DNA from: Felis catus | Lineage: Eukaryota | NCBI RefSeq assembly: GCF_018350175.1 | Contig: NC_058383.1 | Span: forward strand, 27,964,001-28,028,000 | Reading direction: 5' to 3' | Length of the DNA: 64,000 nt | Part shown: positions 37,653 through 49,990 of the stretch, piece after piece | How the letters are laid out: each line of letters starts with the position of its first letter | Numbering within the stretch: position 1 is the first letter of the stretch | Position numbers and translations under genes: made by a program | The notes under the pieces: generated by a model | Databases searched by the model: none | What the model was told of the DNA's origin: nothing | Seen by the model: only the letters and a program-made list of their open reading frames with translations

Positions 37653-39179
37653 TACCTCACTCTGCCCCAAGTGGTTCGTTGCCTCACTGGGACCACTTCT
37701 GGGCCTTACTGCTACCCCTACAACACCACCTTCCACACGTTCCCTCAAGTTTTGGTTTACACATCTATGAGTTCCTAGAGCTGGCCCTGCCTTGTTCATC
37801 ATTTTCCCAGCATCTGGCACTGGATCTTTCACATGGTACGTGTTCAGTGAATATACAACGGATGAATTCACGAATACACATGTAAGTTCCTCCATGGAAC
37901 CACAGGGTAAAAGGAGAGCGGGGAGAATCAGAGGAAGGAGAAAGCCTTCCTGGAAAAAAAGTGGTAGAACAAGTCAGACAAATCAAAAACAGCATCCAAT
38001 ACAAAAATAAAGTTCAGAAAGATGAAGGGGTTTCCTCAATTTCACAAACCTAGTAAATGGTGGAGTTGACTTTTCCCACACACTATAGGGGGGAAGGAGG
38101 AAGGTAATTTCTGTAAAAATGTCAGGTTAATAACAAAAAAATTCATCTTTAGGGGATGGGGCTGGAGTTCACCCCTAGAAGGAAGCAGAAACATGTAGGG
38201 AGGGTGGTTGTTGGTATATCCATCAGGGACCCCTCGCATGTTCCCGTCACCCCAAGAGGAAGTAGAGAACCCAAGGCCACATCAGCAAAGAGAAGATCCT
38301 GGGGACACGAAGGGCGATGAGGGCCTGGGCATTCTTCCCAACACAAACCTTCATATGTGTTGACGCCTCAAAGAAGGACACACCAGCCTCATGTTACCTA
38401 ACTTCAGCAAGAAAGAAATGACCACCCCATAACATGAGCCCTAATTGCCCTGATCCCTTATGGTGGTCATGTTAGAGAATTACCATGCCACTCGTGATTA
38501 ACACTGCCATGCAGCCACACAGCACTCTCTCACAAGTAACCACACCCTCCCCAGCATAAATGCCTGGAAAACCCAAATTTTTAGCAAGCTCATGTACATT
38601 TTAGGTATTTGCTAAATTTGGCCCTTGAGAAAGCACAAGGCCGCCCTCATCACAGAAATCAGCTTCCTTCCTGGCCGTAAAATTAGAAGCCAAACTGCCA
38701 ATATGGGCACAGAGCTCACTGCCGGCTGAGATGCCCCCTCTCCAGCTTCTGTGGGAACATTTCAAGTTCTCACCAGCTCTCTTGTCAGCAGGCCTGGAGG
38801 GAGGGCAGCAGGCAGTAAGAGGGGGCAAGTGAGCAGAGGCGAAGAGGGAAGCAGCTGAGAAGGACCCTGGAGATAACGGAGCCAGCGGCTCACTGGAATG
38901 CTTCCTGCTAGCAGGTCAAGAGTGGAAACCCAGATACCCAAGGGGGACAATGTGACTGGAAAAAATGAGAGACCAGATCTAGTGTCAGATTCTGAATTTT
39001 TACAGGGATCATAACACGTTGCTTAAATGATTCATCTTGATTATCAACACATCCAAATATCCAATCACTCAGAATAATGACTGAAATCAAAAATAAAGAG
39101 AACGTACATTATCACTGGGAAAAAGTGACAAAGAAAGAGTACCGGATGCCATGAGTGTATGATCGTGGCTCCAAATGGT

Positions 39180-39460
39180 TGGAGAGGGAGGGAGGACCCA
39201 GGTGGGTTTTCCTGAGGTGGTGACTTTTAAGCTAAGAGTAGAAGGACAACAAGGAATTATCCAAGTAAAAGGTGAGAGAAAGTGTTCATTTAGAGATAAT
39301 AATACATGCAAAGACCCTGAAGTGAAAAGGGGTGCTGTGTTAGAGGAAATTAGGGGTTGAAAGTGACGGGGGAAATGTGGTAAGAGATTAGCTGGAGAGG
39401 AAAGCAGGAGCTAGCTCACAGGACTGGGGAGACTCAGGTAAGTATTTTATAAGTTCACAG
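39180..39460 (-). mobile_element. L2 fragment
   Basis: ttcctgaggtggtgacttttaagctaaga...atgcaaagaccctgaagtg. Confidence 0.7.
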
Positions 39461-39720
39461 AAATCCCGTCACTAATAATTGACAAGATGTGAATATGTGT
39501 CTGTCGAGTTTTTGGTTTTGTGTGTTTGGGGTTTTTTGTCCATCTTCCCCACTAGAACATAAATTCCATGAAGCCAAAGACCTTTGGTTCACAGCTCTAT
39601 GACTAATACCTAGAACAATACCTAGAACTCTGGAATGTTCTCCTGCTCGCTGCCACACTCATCACCCAAGACCTGTCCCTCATTGGGAAGCTAAACCAAA
39701 GATGGTCTCTACCACAGTGA

Positions 39721-41122
39721 CTGTTATCATGGCCCCCAAGACCACATACAGACTCAAAAATTTGCTAGAAGGACTCACAGAACTCATGAAAAGCCATTAT
39801 ACTTATGGTTATGACTTAAGTACAGATGAAGTATAGGTGAAGAGATACACATGAAAACAGCAAAGGAAAGAGTGAATAGGGCAGATCAACACGGCAAAAT
39901 AACAGTTTTCTACCATCTTCCCTCCAAAGAACACCAATTTAGACAATCGCCCATGGGTGAGACAGTCTTTGTGGAAGTCCAGCTTTCCAGGGAAGAAGTT
40001 CTAGCATAACACTGGAGGGGAAAAAAAAGTCTGAGATTGGACGCATTGAAGAAGATAAAAGGAATGATTTCATTTAATCCACATCACCCCTCCCACAAGG
40101 CGGCACAGCTCCATGCCAAGAGAAATCTTCTTGGCCCGTGATTTCTCCCACAGGGGAAGTGAGAGCATATGAGCCCCCAGCTTCCTAAGCTGTGCAGGAC
40201 GCTGACAAAGAGACCACTTCTTTCTTGTCCCATCCAGAATATGGAGGAGTGCTGGGCGACTCAGGGGCTATGAGAACAGCAGACAGGGCTCTCAGAGGGC
40301 ACCAAAGGGACACAGATCCTACTAACCACCTTGTGGACTCCAGCAGGAAGCCTGTCCGTGAGCTGCTGGGCGGGTCTTACCTGCAGATCCCCCCAACTGG
40401 ACCTTGGGAACCCCCAATGCTCCATGTACCTCACCTACACATCCCGACCCCACAACTGGACCCTGTGGACACCCGCAATGGTGGTGCATGCAAGCGTCCA
40501 CAGACGCTTTTCTTTGACACCAAAAGTACAACCAACAAAAGCAAAAATCAACAACTGAGACGACGTCAAACTAAAAAGCTTCACACAGGAAGAGAAACAA
40601 TAAACAAAATGAAAAGGCAACCTACAGAATGGAAGAACACATCTGCAAACCATATTTCTGATAAGGGGTCAACACCCAAAACACATAAGGAACTAATACA
40701 ACTCTACAAAGGAGCTCTACAAGGAGCTCCTTTGTACAAACTCTACAAGGAACTAACACAACTCTACAAAAAAAATAAAAAAAAAGAATCTGATTTTAAA
40801 ATGGGCAGAGGATCTGAAGAAACACTGCAGTATTATTTATAATAGCCAAGATAGAGAAACAATTTTAGTGTCTATCTGCAGATGAATGGATAAAGATGTG
40901 ATAGACAGACAGATATAGATACACACACACACGTGCACACACACGCATATTCAGCCATAAAAAATGAATGAACTCTTTCCATTTGCAAGACACTCCTATC
41001 AGGCATAGAACATTCCAAGGACTGCGAAGTCATCTCCCAGCAGCCTGTCAGGGGCAAAACCTGTCTTTGGAATGTGCAGGATTTGAACACTCCAGACCTG
41101 CTGAGTCAACCCTTCAGTACAC
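39721..41122. mobile_element. MER21-like ERVL LTR, split into 39721-39890 and 40990-41122 by an L1
   Basis: cccaagaccac...ttgctagaaggactcacagaactca at the left; gacactcctatcaggca...ggaatgtgcagga...ctgctgagtcaaccct...caca at the right. Confidence 0.75.
39890..40990 (+). mobile_element. Internally deleted L1 (5'UTR + ORF2 C-terminal piece + partial 3'UTR)
   Basis: 40508-40830 translates to ETINKMKRQPTEWKNTSANHISDKG...KELIQL (L1 ORF2 C-terminal region); 39890-40500 resembles an L1M 5'UTR; 40826-40990 is 3'UTR. Confidence 0.8.
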
Positions 41123-41359
41123 AAGTGAGGAAGATGCTACACTCTTCAGCTTCTGGGGAGCAGAAAAAATGGAACCAGACTGAAAGAAGACACATTCAGG
41201 TAGAACCAGGGGCCACCTCTATCCACCTGAGCCCTATAAAGGACCTACCTCATGGGCATCAGGAACATTACCCCTCCCCGGAGCACTTGGGGGCGAGTGT
41301 CTCTCACAGGCCAGAGGAGTAGCCCTCCTGCCCCAAACCCACACCCTACTATGATAAGC

Positions 41360-41765
41360 CTGTCAGGGTTCAGGGAGACAAATGCAGAGATGGAAATCTG
41401 TGTGCAGGAGGTTTACTAGGGAGCAGTATCTGTAAGGAAGGAGCAAAGCAGCACCAGGCAGAGGGAGAAGTGAAACTGTAGAACAAGTAATAGAGACGCC
41501 TGAAACATCTGGGATCCACGGGGAGCCTTGAAACTGGGGTATCCCTTCAGAGGCATCCCAATCAAGGCAAAGGGTACGACCTTTGTAAGCCTCAGAGACC
41601 AGTCACTGGACACGGGGTGCCTTTGGGAGTAGAAAAGACTCCCGAAAACTACACAGCTTCCTTCAGCAAAGGCACAACTTAGCAGTGAGATGTCAGTGGC
41701 CAGCTCTCCAGCAGCTGGGGCTCTGTGGTCCAGCAGGGGCTGGGTGGTGCAGCACCCAGCACAAA
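41360..41765 (-). mobile_element. Old ERVL LTR (LTR33-like)
   Basis: gagatggaaatctgtgtgcaggaggtttactaggga...ggcagagggagaagtgaaactg. Confidence 0.6.
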
Positions 41766-44105
41766 GCCCAAGACCAGAGAGGGAAGAGAAAAGTACATGG
41801 GAAACCTTGAACTGATGAACTGAGTAAGCTTTAAAAGCCTGGTTGCCTTGAGAATCTTGAACTAACTTTTTATCCAAGAAGACTAGGTTTTAAACCAAAA
41901 GGACCTGGGTTTACCTTGACTTGGCAAGACTGGGTGTAAGATTACCACAGTAAAAGGGGGCTTGCGCAGGATCAGGATCAAGAAGGCAACTGCAGGATGA
42001 AGAGGTTTAGGATAAAGGAAGAAACGCACCAGATCTCGTGGAGTGGGGTAACATTAAATACACGGGAGTGTATTTTTCTCTGAGCACACGATCTCAACGA
42101 CGCAGGGCAAAGCCCCCAAGATGTAATACACAGACTTCGTTCTATCTCTCGGGTCTGACAAAGAAGCAGGGATGGAGCAAGACGGTCACAACATGTGTGA
42201 ATGGTCAATGAGCTCCACCAACCTGATCTCCTTGAACAAGGTGATGCTCCCTCCAAGGTAAATAAGAAACTTCTCCTTTTGAACTGGAAGACACGGTATT
42301 TTAAATGCACATTCTCTTGGCTCAGCAGCTCCGCTTCCCAACATTCACCCTACGGATGAACACACATACGTGCACGAGGTATACAGACAGGCAGAAGTCG
42401 TGGTAGAAAGTGACAGCAAACATCCTGAATGTTCACCACAAGGGAACTGGTTAATTTATGCACATCCTATGCTGGAATATTACACAGTAGTTAAAAGGAA
42501 TGAGGCACCTCCATATATACTGATAGGCAACAAATACCTATTGTATTTGAAAACAGTGAAAATTCAGAATAATGTGTATAGCATATAAAGGTGGGAGGGG
42601 ACTACATCTATATACATATGTACTTCTACATAAAGAGAGTATCTTTGGGAAGTTTTCACTGTACACCTCTTTTATGCCCTTTAAACTTTTTTTTGCCATA
42701 TGCCCACATTCTCTATTCAAAAAAGGATTTTTTTTAAAGCTGGGAACAATGAAAAATCTTCTAAGCATGCAAACTAAATTAATTAGCCATTCCTATAGCT
42801 CCAACATGCATTTAAATTTGCAAGCATCCTGGCCTCCCAAGATTGACTGGCTGTAAATTGAGAACCTCAGCAATTTCCTTTCACCAGGACAGATGTTGAC
42901 ATTGTTCCTTTGATTTCTCACAGATGTTTGCCTTCCAGCATCTTTAGAACCGGGTTTCTCTATCAATTTGGAAATCCCAAATTTCTCATATCAAACTGAT
43001 ATGACAGGAAAATTCAAAACCGTTATCACATTTTGAAAGAGTTTATAGGTGGTAACTGGCAACGGGAAAGTAAGGATGTTTAAGGAGAAGCCATAACATC
43101 TCCTCTTTATGTCCTCCTTGTCACAGCATGCCTCAGTTTACCTGATCGGGCTAGCTGGAGGGGAAGTGTGCATCAATATATGCACATGGGCTTTGGCATC
43201 TGGACAACAGAGCGTTCTAATTTTGGCTCCACCCCTCTTCAACTGTAATACTTTGAACCAGTCATTAACTTGGCCTCTTTTACCTCTTTTGGAAAAGGGG
43301 GGTATCACCTACTTTGCAGCTTGGCTTTGCAATTAAGTGGCATAACAATGGAAATGCTTAGCCTCTGGAAATGGTTTTTCCTTTCCCTCCTCCTGACCAC
43401 TTCCCATAGCATCTTATCTTCCTTCTTCATGTCCATCTTTTGCTTTAGGACAGGAGGTCTCAGGCGATCCCTGGGTTTATCCACTTTTTAGACATTAGAC
43501 GGAAAGGTTGGCCAACCTAGAACTCCTTTGACTTGTGTCTCCACCTCCTTGGTACTCTGGTCTCCCTACATGACAAGAGGAACACTGTCCACTAATAAAA
43601 GCCAAATCTCTGCTAATTATACATCTCAGCTAATAATGACCAACATGCATTCAACATTGACTCTATCAGGCTCCTAATAATCATTCCACCTGCACTATGT
43701 CATAACAGTCTCTCCACAATAAAAAGGCACTATTATTCCCATTTTATAGGTGTAGAAACTGAGCACCAGAGGTGCTGTAACCCCCTGCTGAACAGCTGAG
43801 TGGCAGATCTGAGAATCAAATAAACCTAAACCCCAGCCACAGACACATCCTAAGGTCAAGCTGGGTCTCTTCACTGTTATTACTTATAAGGGATTATGCT
43901 CCCTGGATGGATATGATGGATGCAGTGGTTAATCTTGCTGCCATGTTTGAACACAATTATTCAGGGAGCTGACACTTACAACTTGTGCAGCCATGGACAA
44001 CTCAAGGCAACTCAACTCATGTCTTAGAGTCTTATTTCCTCATTTGTCAAAAGAAGATACGAAGGATGACAGAGAGGGTTTAAGGGAGATGTTCAGAAAA
44101 GAAAG

Positions 44106-44470
44106 TGCTATGGACTGCTTGTTTGTGTCCCTTCAGATTCATATGTTGAAGCCCTAATCTCCATTGTTGGTATCTGAAGGTGGGACCTTTGGGAGGTGAT
44201 TAAGCTTAGACGAGGTCATGAGGATGGGGCCTCCATGATGGAGTTAGCATTCTTATAAGAGGAGGAAGAGACCAGAGCCCTCGCTTTTTCTGCCATGTGA
44301 GGACATAACAAGAAGAAGGCAATCTGTGAGCCAGGAAGATCATCCTCACCAGACACCCAACCTGCCAGCATCTTGATCTTAGATTTCCCAGACCTTACAA
44401 CTGTGAGAAATACACGTCTGTTGTTTAAGCCATTCTAGGATATTTCACTATAGCAGCCCACATTGACTAA
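44106..44470 (+). mobile_element. MLT1A-type LTR
   Basis: tgctatggactg...ttcatatgttgaagccctaa...gccatgtgaggaca...ctgttgtttaagcc...tatagcagccca. Confidence 0.9.
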
Positions 44471-44689
44471 GATGGCAATAGATGGTTGGTCCTTCCTCCA
44501 ACGTTTCTCCTTTGCAATGCCCACGTTGAGAAAAGCAATCAGGAAAGTGAAAGAAAGCACACCTCACAGACATGGGCACTCTTGTGCTGAATGCACCCAC
44601 TACTGGTATTGCAAAGATGGGGAAGTCAAAGGAATTACATCCCTGAGAACATCCAATAGCTTGGGAAAACTTACTAAGGGATATTGGGT

Positions 44690-44705
44690 ACACACACACA
44701 CACAC

Positions 44706-44760
<55 letters not shown>
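44690..44760. repeat. Compound (CA)n/(GA)n microsatellite
   Basis: Seen directly. Confidence 0.95.
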
Positions 44761-44763
<3 letters not shown>

Positions 44764-45668
44764 TTCTTTGCTTGATTGAATAATTTAGAGAACATGAGTA
44801 TGGGAGCTCATAGCTTGATTTTGTATACTGATAGATAATAGCTGCCATTATAAAGCTGATGTTTATTGAGTGAGTGAGTCATTTATGCCAAACACTGAAT
44901 GCTAAGCACATTTTGTGCATTATATCATTTAATCCTCAAAATACTATCATTACGCTTTTGCAAATCAGCCAAGTGCCTCTCCGAGAGGTTCAGACACTCC
45001 TCCAAAGTCACAAAGCTTCCAGTAAGTGATGGAGATGGGTTCAGTCCCAGGTAATCTGATTTGAGATCCCATGTTCTACTGTAATAACCCCAGGGGGATT
45101 TTTCAAGAGACTAAAATGCCAGCTCAGACCCAGCCAACCTTTCATTTACAATACCTCGGGGCCCTTTGGAGAAGAAAAACCAACCCAAAGAAGGAAGGGC
45201 TAGAGAAGCCAGTTTTATCAAGGTCCCAAGGGGTAAAAGGGTGGATGGTTCTGGCTGCCTAAAGGAGAAAACTGACAACACTTTCCAGGGAGAAAATCCT
45301 CAACCCTTCAGAGGATGAGCTGGGCGTGGCCTAAGCTGCCCATCAGCTCCAGCTGTAATGAGATCAGGAAGGGAAGGCTGTCTTCAAAATGAACTAAAGG
45401 AGATTTTGAAGCACTTAAAAAATTCTGCCCAGAGCAAGCAGCACTGATGCACAAGGTCAAGGAGTCTGGCCTTACCGAGCAAAGGAACAGAGAACACGAG
45501 GTGAGCAAGGAGTTGTCTATTTTACTCTGCCAAGCGCCTACGGTTGATGCTTCGGGATCCCAAATAAAATCAGAAACCCTGTCTCTGCACTCAAAAAAAC
45601 ATATTCCAGCAATCTGAAAGTAACTTAAAAGCAGTTCCCTGTGCATCAACCCAAAGAGCCTCACAAGG

Positions 45669-46560
45669 CAGGGCTCTCGGCTCCATCAGGCCCAATGTCC
45701 ATGTTTTAGAGAATATTTAGAAAATCCTTCTTTATCATCCATCCTACAAAGAAGTTCACTGATATTATAAATTGACTTTAACAAATCAACTGTTATTGAT
45801 TATAATAACCTGATTATAATAAAAAGGAGAAATGAAATAAAAGGAGATATGAAATAATGAAATACTTTATAGTGAAATAACATGGGTTTCTGTTACGAAG
45901 ATAGAATGAGGTAGCCAGATGTTCACACCTATGTGTGGAGCAACTGGATGGGCCAGTCACAAATCCAGAATGAGCAGACATGTGTTAATGTGGTGTTACT
46001 ACAAGTGTCATGGTTTCCCAAAATGGCGATTCCTCCATTTTAACGTTCCATAAAAAAACAAAATGCAGTCTTCTCTGGATATACACTGTAGCTACATTCC
46101 TGGAAACTTCCGTGTTCATTCAGTGTTCATATGCAAAAGAGAAGGTTCTAGATTCAGAAAATCATAAATAGGGGTGCCTGGGTGGCTCAGTCGGTTGAGT
46201 GTCCGGCTTCGGCTCAGGTCATGATCTCGCAGTCTGTGAGTTCCAGCCCTGCGTCAGGCTCTGTGCTGGGGGCTCGGAGCCTGGAGCCTGCTTCGGATTT
46301 TGTGTCCCCCTCTCTCTGCCCCTCCCCCACTCATGCTCTGTCTCTGTCTCAGAAATACATAAACATTAAAAAAATTAAAAAAAAAAAAAGAAAATCATAA
46401 ATAGGTTTCTAAACCAAATGAATGCCTGGTAGACCATTCAAATATCAAGTAGAATTTGTTTTTGGTTTTTTTGTTTGTTTGTTTTTGGCAGGACATCCAA
46501 CAAAACTACCTCCCTCTACCTCCCATCATTAGGCCAACCAAAACCACAGAATTTTTTTTA
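45669..46560. mobile_element. Possible old hAT DNA-transposon remnant (MER20B-like) interrupted by a SINE
   Basis: Starts cagggctctc; AT-rich body; family only loosely recognised. Confidence 0.35.
46171..46388 (+). mobile_element. Can-SINE (SINEC_Fc)
   Basis: Full element; perfect TSD agaaaatcataaata (46156-46170, 46389-46403). Confidence 0.97.
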
Positions 46561-46988
46561 AACTAAAGTTTTCTTTTTTAAGAAAAACTAACCTAAAGTC
46601 CCTTTCCTGCCTCCCTGGTTTTCCTGCATTTCTCAGTTTCCCTATAACAAACCCCAAAAGAGCTCTCTAACCCTCAGACAAGCTGGTATTATTTTGTCCT
46701 TTCCCCAACACCTCTCAACCCTTGTCAGGTGGACTAATTTAACCCTGTCTCTACTTTTCAGCTGTCCTTACTCTTTTCCTCCCTCAGATTTTATATCATA
46801 AAAATCCCAGGCACCAGCCAGGGCAAGAGCTGGGCTCTCTTTAAAAGGCAAGGAAAGCTATGAACCCACCCAAAACTAATCTTTCCCCCAGAAACAACGT
46901 TTGTGCCAGGCACCAAGCCAGACCTTTGGGATACAATAGCTCTTGTTCACTTACTTGCGGGATAGTTAAAATCCTGTATTATTCAGAC

Positions 46989-47316
46989 CAGGGGCCGGCA
47001 AGCTACAATCTGTAGTTCAAATCCATGCTACTTGCTTTTCTATGGCCTTCAAGCTAAGGATCGTTTTTACATTTTAAATGGTTGAAAAAAAATCAAAAGA
47101 ATAACAACAGTTCGTTATGCAAAAATTGCATGAAATTCAAATTCTGGAGTTATAAATAAAGTTTTACTGAAAAACAGTCACATTCATTTGTTTACATGTT
47201 GTCTGTGCCTTTCATGCTACAAAAGCAGAACTGGAGAGCTGCCACAGAGACCTTGTGGCCCGAAAAGCTGGAGAAACTCTGTCTGGGTCTTTACTGTAAA
47301 AGTTTGCGGACACCTG
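46989..47316 (+). mobile_element. MER58B hAT-Charlie MITE
   Basis: caggggccggcaagctac...aagctaaggatcgtttttacattttaaatggttgaaaaaa...aaagtttgcggacacctg. Confidence 0.88.
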
Positions 47317-47829
47317 GTTCATATGCTGAGCAAGTAAGTGCTTGCAAGTACCTGCAATGCGCCAGGCACTAAAATTATAGAGACAGAAGGCAGTCAACAA
47401 AAAATATTCCTTCTAAAAATTTTAAAAGGATGCTATTCTGAATCAGGTAGACTTGGGGTCCCATCTTGGCTCTGCTGAACTTGAGCGTGTCTCCTGACCT
47501 CATTTTCCACATCTATAAAAAGAGGGTTGTGGATTACCCCCCTCACGTGGATATGTGGCTATCGAATGAGACATCCTATGCAAACGCCTGGAAAGGAGAA
47601 AGGAGATCTGCAAACGGCATCTCCTTTCCAGCTCCCGTAGCTTCCCACATACGCCGAGAAAGCAGGCAAGAATGAGTGAGCGAGGTCATATCCTCCTTGT
47701 CTAAATGTTTTCTTGTTAGGAAACATTTTTCTCCTTAACATCCCTTCCTACATGAAAAATGCCCGTCAGAAGAATATTAAAAGGCCCTCACCTACAGTTA
47801 GATGGAAGGCAAGACTGTGATCTCCCAGC

Positions 47830-48569
47830 TAAATCATTTCAATTTGCCTCTATACAGATCTAACATCGCCCCCCTTCAAAAAAAAAATAATAATAATATG
47901 AAAGTTGAAAAGTGGAAAACTTCATCCTCTGGAGTTTTCAAAAACTAATTCAGTTGTAATCACAAAAGATTGAAACGAGGATTCATGACACATTTCTCTT
48001 CCTCCTGGGCAGATGAATCTATGACTTGCATTTGATTTTAAATGTGATTTCCCCTGCATCTTCAGTGGGTTTGATTGATAGAGCGCACGAGGCCACTCAG
48101 TAAAATGATACAGTGGAGATCAAAGCATGAAAGATAATTTTCGCTGAAATGTCTGCAGCCGACGGTGAGTTATAAGCCTTTGTCTCCCACTTTATGGAAC
48201 ACAATTTCATTTAAAGCCGAAATCTGTCACTTCAGCATTGTTTATCGAAATGCATCCCACAACACGGTCCCCTGAAGAACAGTGTCAAGTCGAAAGGTAG
48301 AAAATCAAATGGGTACAAGCATCCCAGGACAAAATAAAGTAAGGGGGAGAGGCTTTCCATCTGCATAAATAGGCTTCACCAGTGATGCATCTGGGACGAG
48401 AAATGCAGCCATTCATCTGCAAGGTAAATACACGATGCTGTCACAGGTGCCTGACATAGCCCTGAAAACCCGGGGAGTTCTTCCTGGCAGCATGTACGTC
48501 TCTATTTGGTAACTTCGCTTTATTCATGGCCCCACAAGGAGAGTCACAACTGGGTTTTTATCTCTGCGC

Positions 48570-48570
<1 letters not shown>
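47830..48570. promoter_or_regulatory. Candidate conserved non-coding element/enhancer
   Basis: No recognisable repeat, CpGs retained, TGATTGAT at 48072-48079, CTGTCA at 48224 and 48438, TTTATGG at 48191. Confidence 0.4.

Positions 48571-48572
<2 letters not shown>

Positions 48573-48602
<30 letters not shown>
48573..48602. repeat. Poly(T)30 tract with no associated SINE body
   Basis: Seen directly. Confidence 0.95.
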
Positions 48603-48608
<6 letters not shown>

Positions 48609-49119
48609 TGTGTTTTCTTGCATTTATCCATACCTTCAGTACATCATGACTAAGGATCTCCCCTGAAGAGCGTACAAAGTTACCTGGAAGTCAGGAAAGC
48701 AGGACTGCCTTCAGACCTTCAGTTAAAGGATCTGGGCTCAAGCCCAGACACTCCCACTTTGCAACTGTAGGATCTTGAATAAAACAACCTTTGCCTTTCT
48801 GAGCCTCAGTTTCCCCATGACAAAGTGGAGGAAATGAGACTGCAGATGTGGAAAGGCATGTGTAGATTGCTAAGTGCCTCACGGATTCTAGGCCCTGTCA
48901 CTGATTTAGGAGGCCTCGGTTGTCACTGACTCCATGAAGGTGTGTCTACAGCTAAAGGCTGCTGGTCTCAGCAGAAAGGATTTGTGGAGAAAAATTACTC
49001 CACTGAGGACACTCGATTCCTCGAGCACAAAGTGAATCTATGACATTGGGATAGTCACTTTTGAGATTCCTGGGTTGCCTGACTTCTTTACGATGCCATG
49101 TTCTGGAACCTTCTCAGTC

Positions 49120-49990
49120 TCCAGCCCCACCACTCACCATACCCCATGAGCTCTTCCTTCATTTGTCAGATGCTGCTATTGCATATCAAAGAAAGAGCCC
49201 CTTCTTCTTTGTTAAAGGAACCCAATTTTTAGGTACTGAACAGTCACATGATTCAGAATTCAGGCCCCTTTGGGCCCCAACAAGTAAATCTTGACTGATC
49301 TAAAGCAGTCATGGTAAAACTGGCCCTCCCTTTCTAGTGACGTGGGAACAGGCATGTGACAACCTCTGACCTCTGAGAGCTGATAGAAGTGCGCTGGGAG
49401 CTTTGGGAAAAATTCTTCTTGCGGTTAAAAAGGGATACAACGGAGACAAGTTTTCTCTTGTCTTTGGAACTGTTGTGCGACACGGTGATGTTTGGCACTA
49501 GAGCAGCCATCTTGCGAACACGGAGGGAAAAGACTGGGACAAAGGCCATGTTCTACAAGCCAGAGCAGAAAGATGGCAAGAGTCCAGGTCTTTGATGATG
49601 TAACTGAACCAGAACGTTGTACTATCCCAGAACTAGCAACTGTGAGGAGCCGTTTCCACCCCTAGTCCTGGAGGGCAAAGGAGAAGAAACACACATGGAA
49701 CCCAAGTCAGAGACAGCTGCCTGGCAGGAGCTGTGGTCTTCAGGAGAGAGACGCAGGCAACCCGTGGGAACGCAACTGGGAAGAACCAGAGGAATAAACA
49801 CCCCAACCTCTCTGTCCCCCCACCCCGTACTGTCCTATGAGGGTCCTCTGCTGGTCAAGTGCAACCAGCCACAAGAGAGTGAGGGAGTCCAGGTAAAGCA
49901 GTCCACAACGGGCAGCATCCTGGGGGCACAGCAGGAGCGAGGTCATGGAGTCCGTCAGGAGGAGGAAATTCAAACTATCCAGCTCAGATA
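49120..49990. mobile_element. Old MaLR/ERVL LTR fragments (MLT1J/K-like, then LTR40/41-like)
   Basis: gcagccatcttgcgaaca...cagagcagaaagatggcaagagtccaggtctttgatga; aagtgcaaccagccacaagagagtgagggagtcc. Confidence 0.55.

Noticed and set aside
37443..37778. ORF with repeated peptide
   Set aside because: A by-product of the 66-bp tandem repeat
40192..40842. Longest ORF (216 aa) as a gene
   Set aside because: A chimera of L1 5'UTR and decayed ORF2 C-terminus; starts at GTG; no host-gene features
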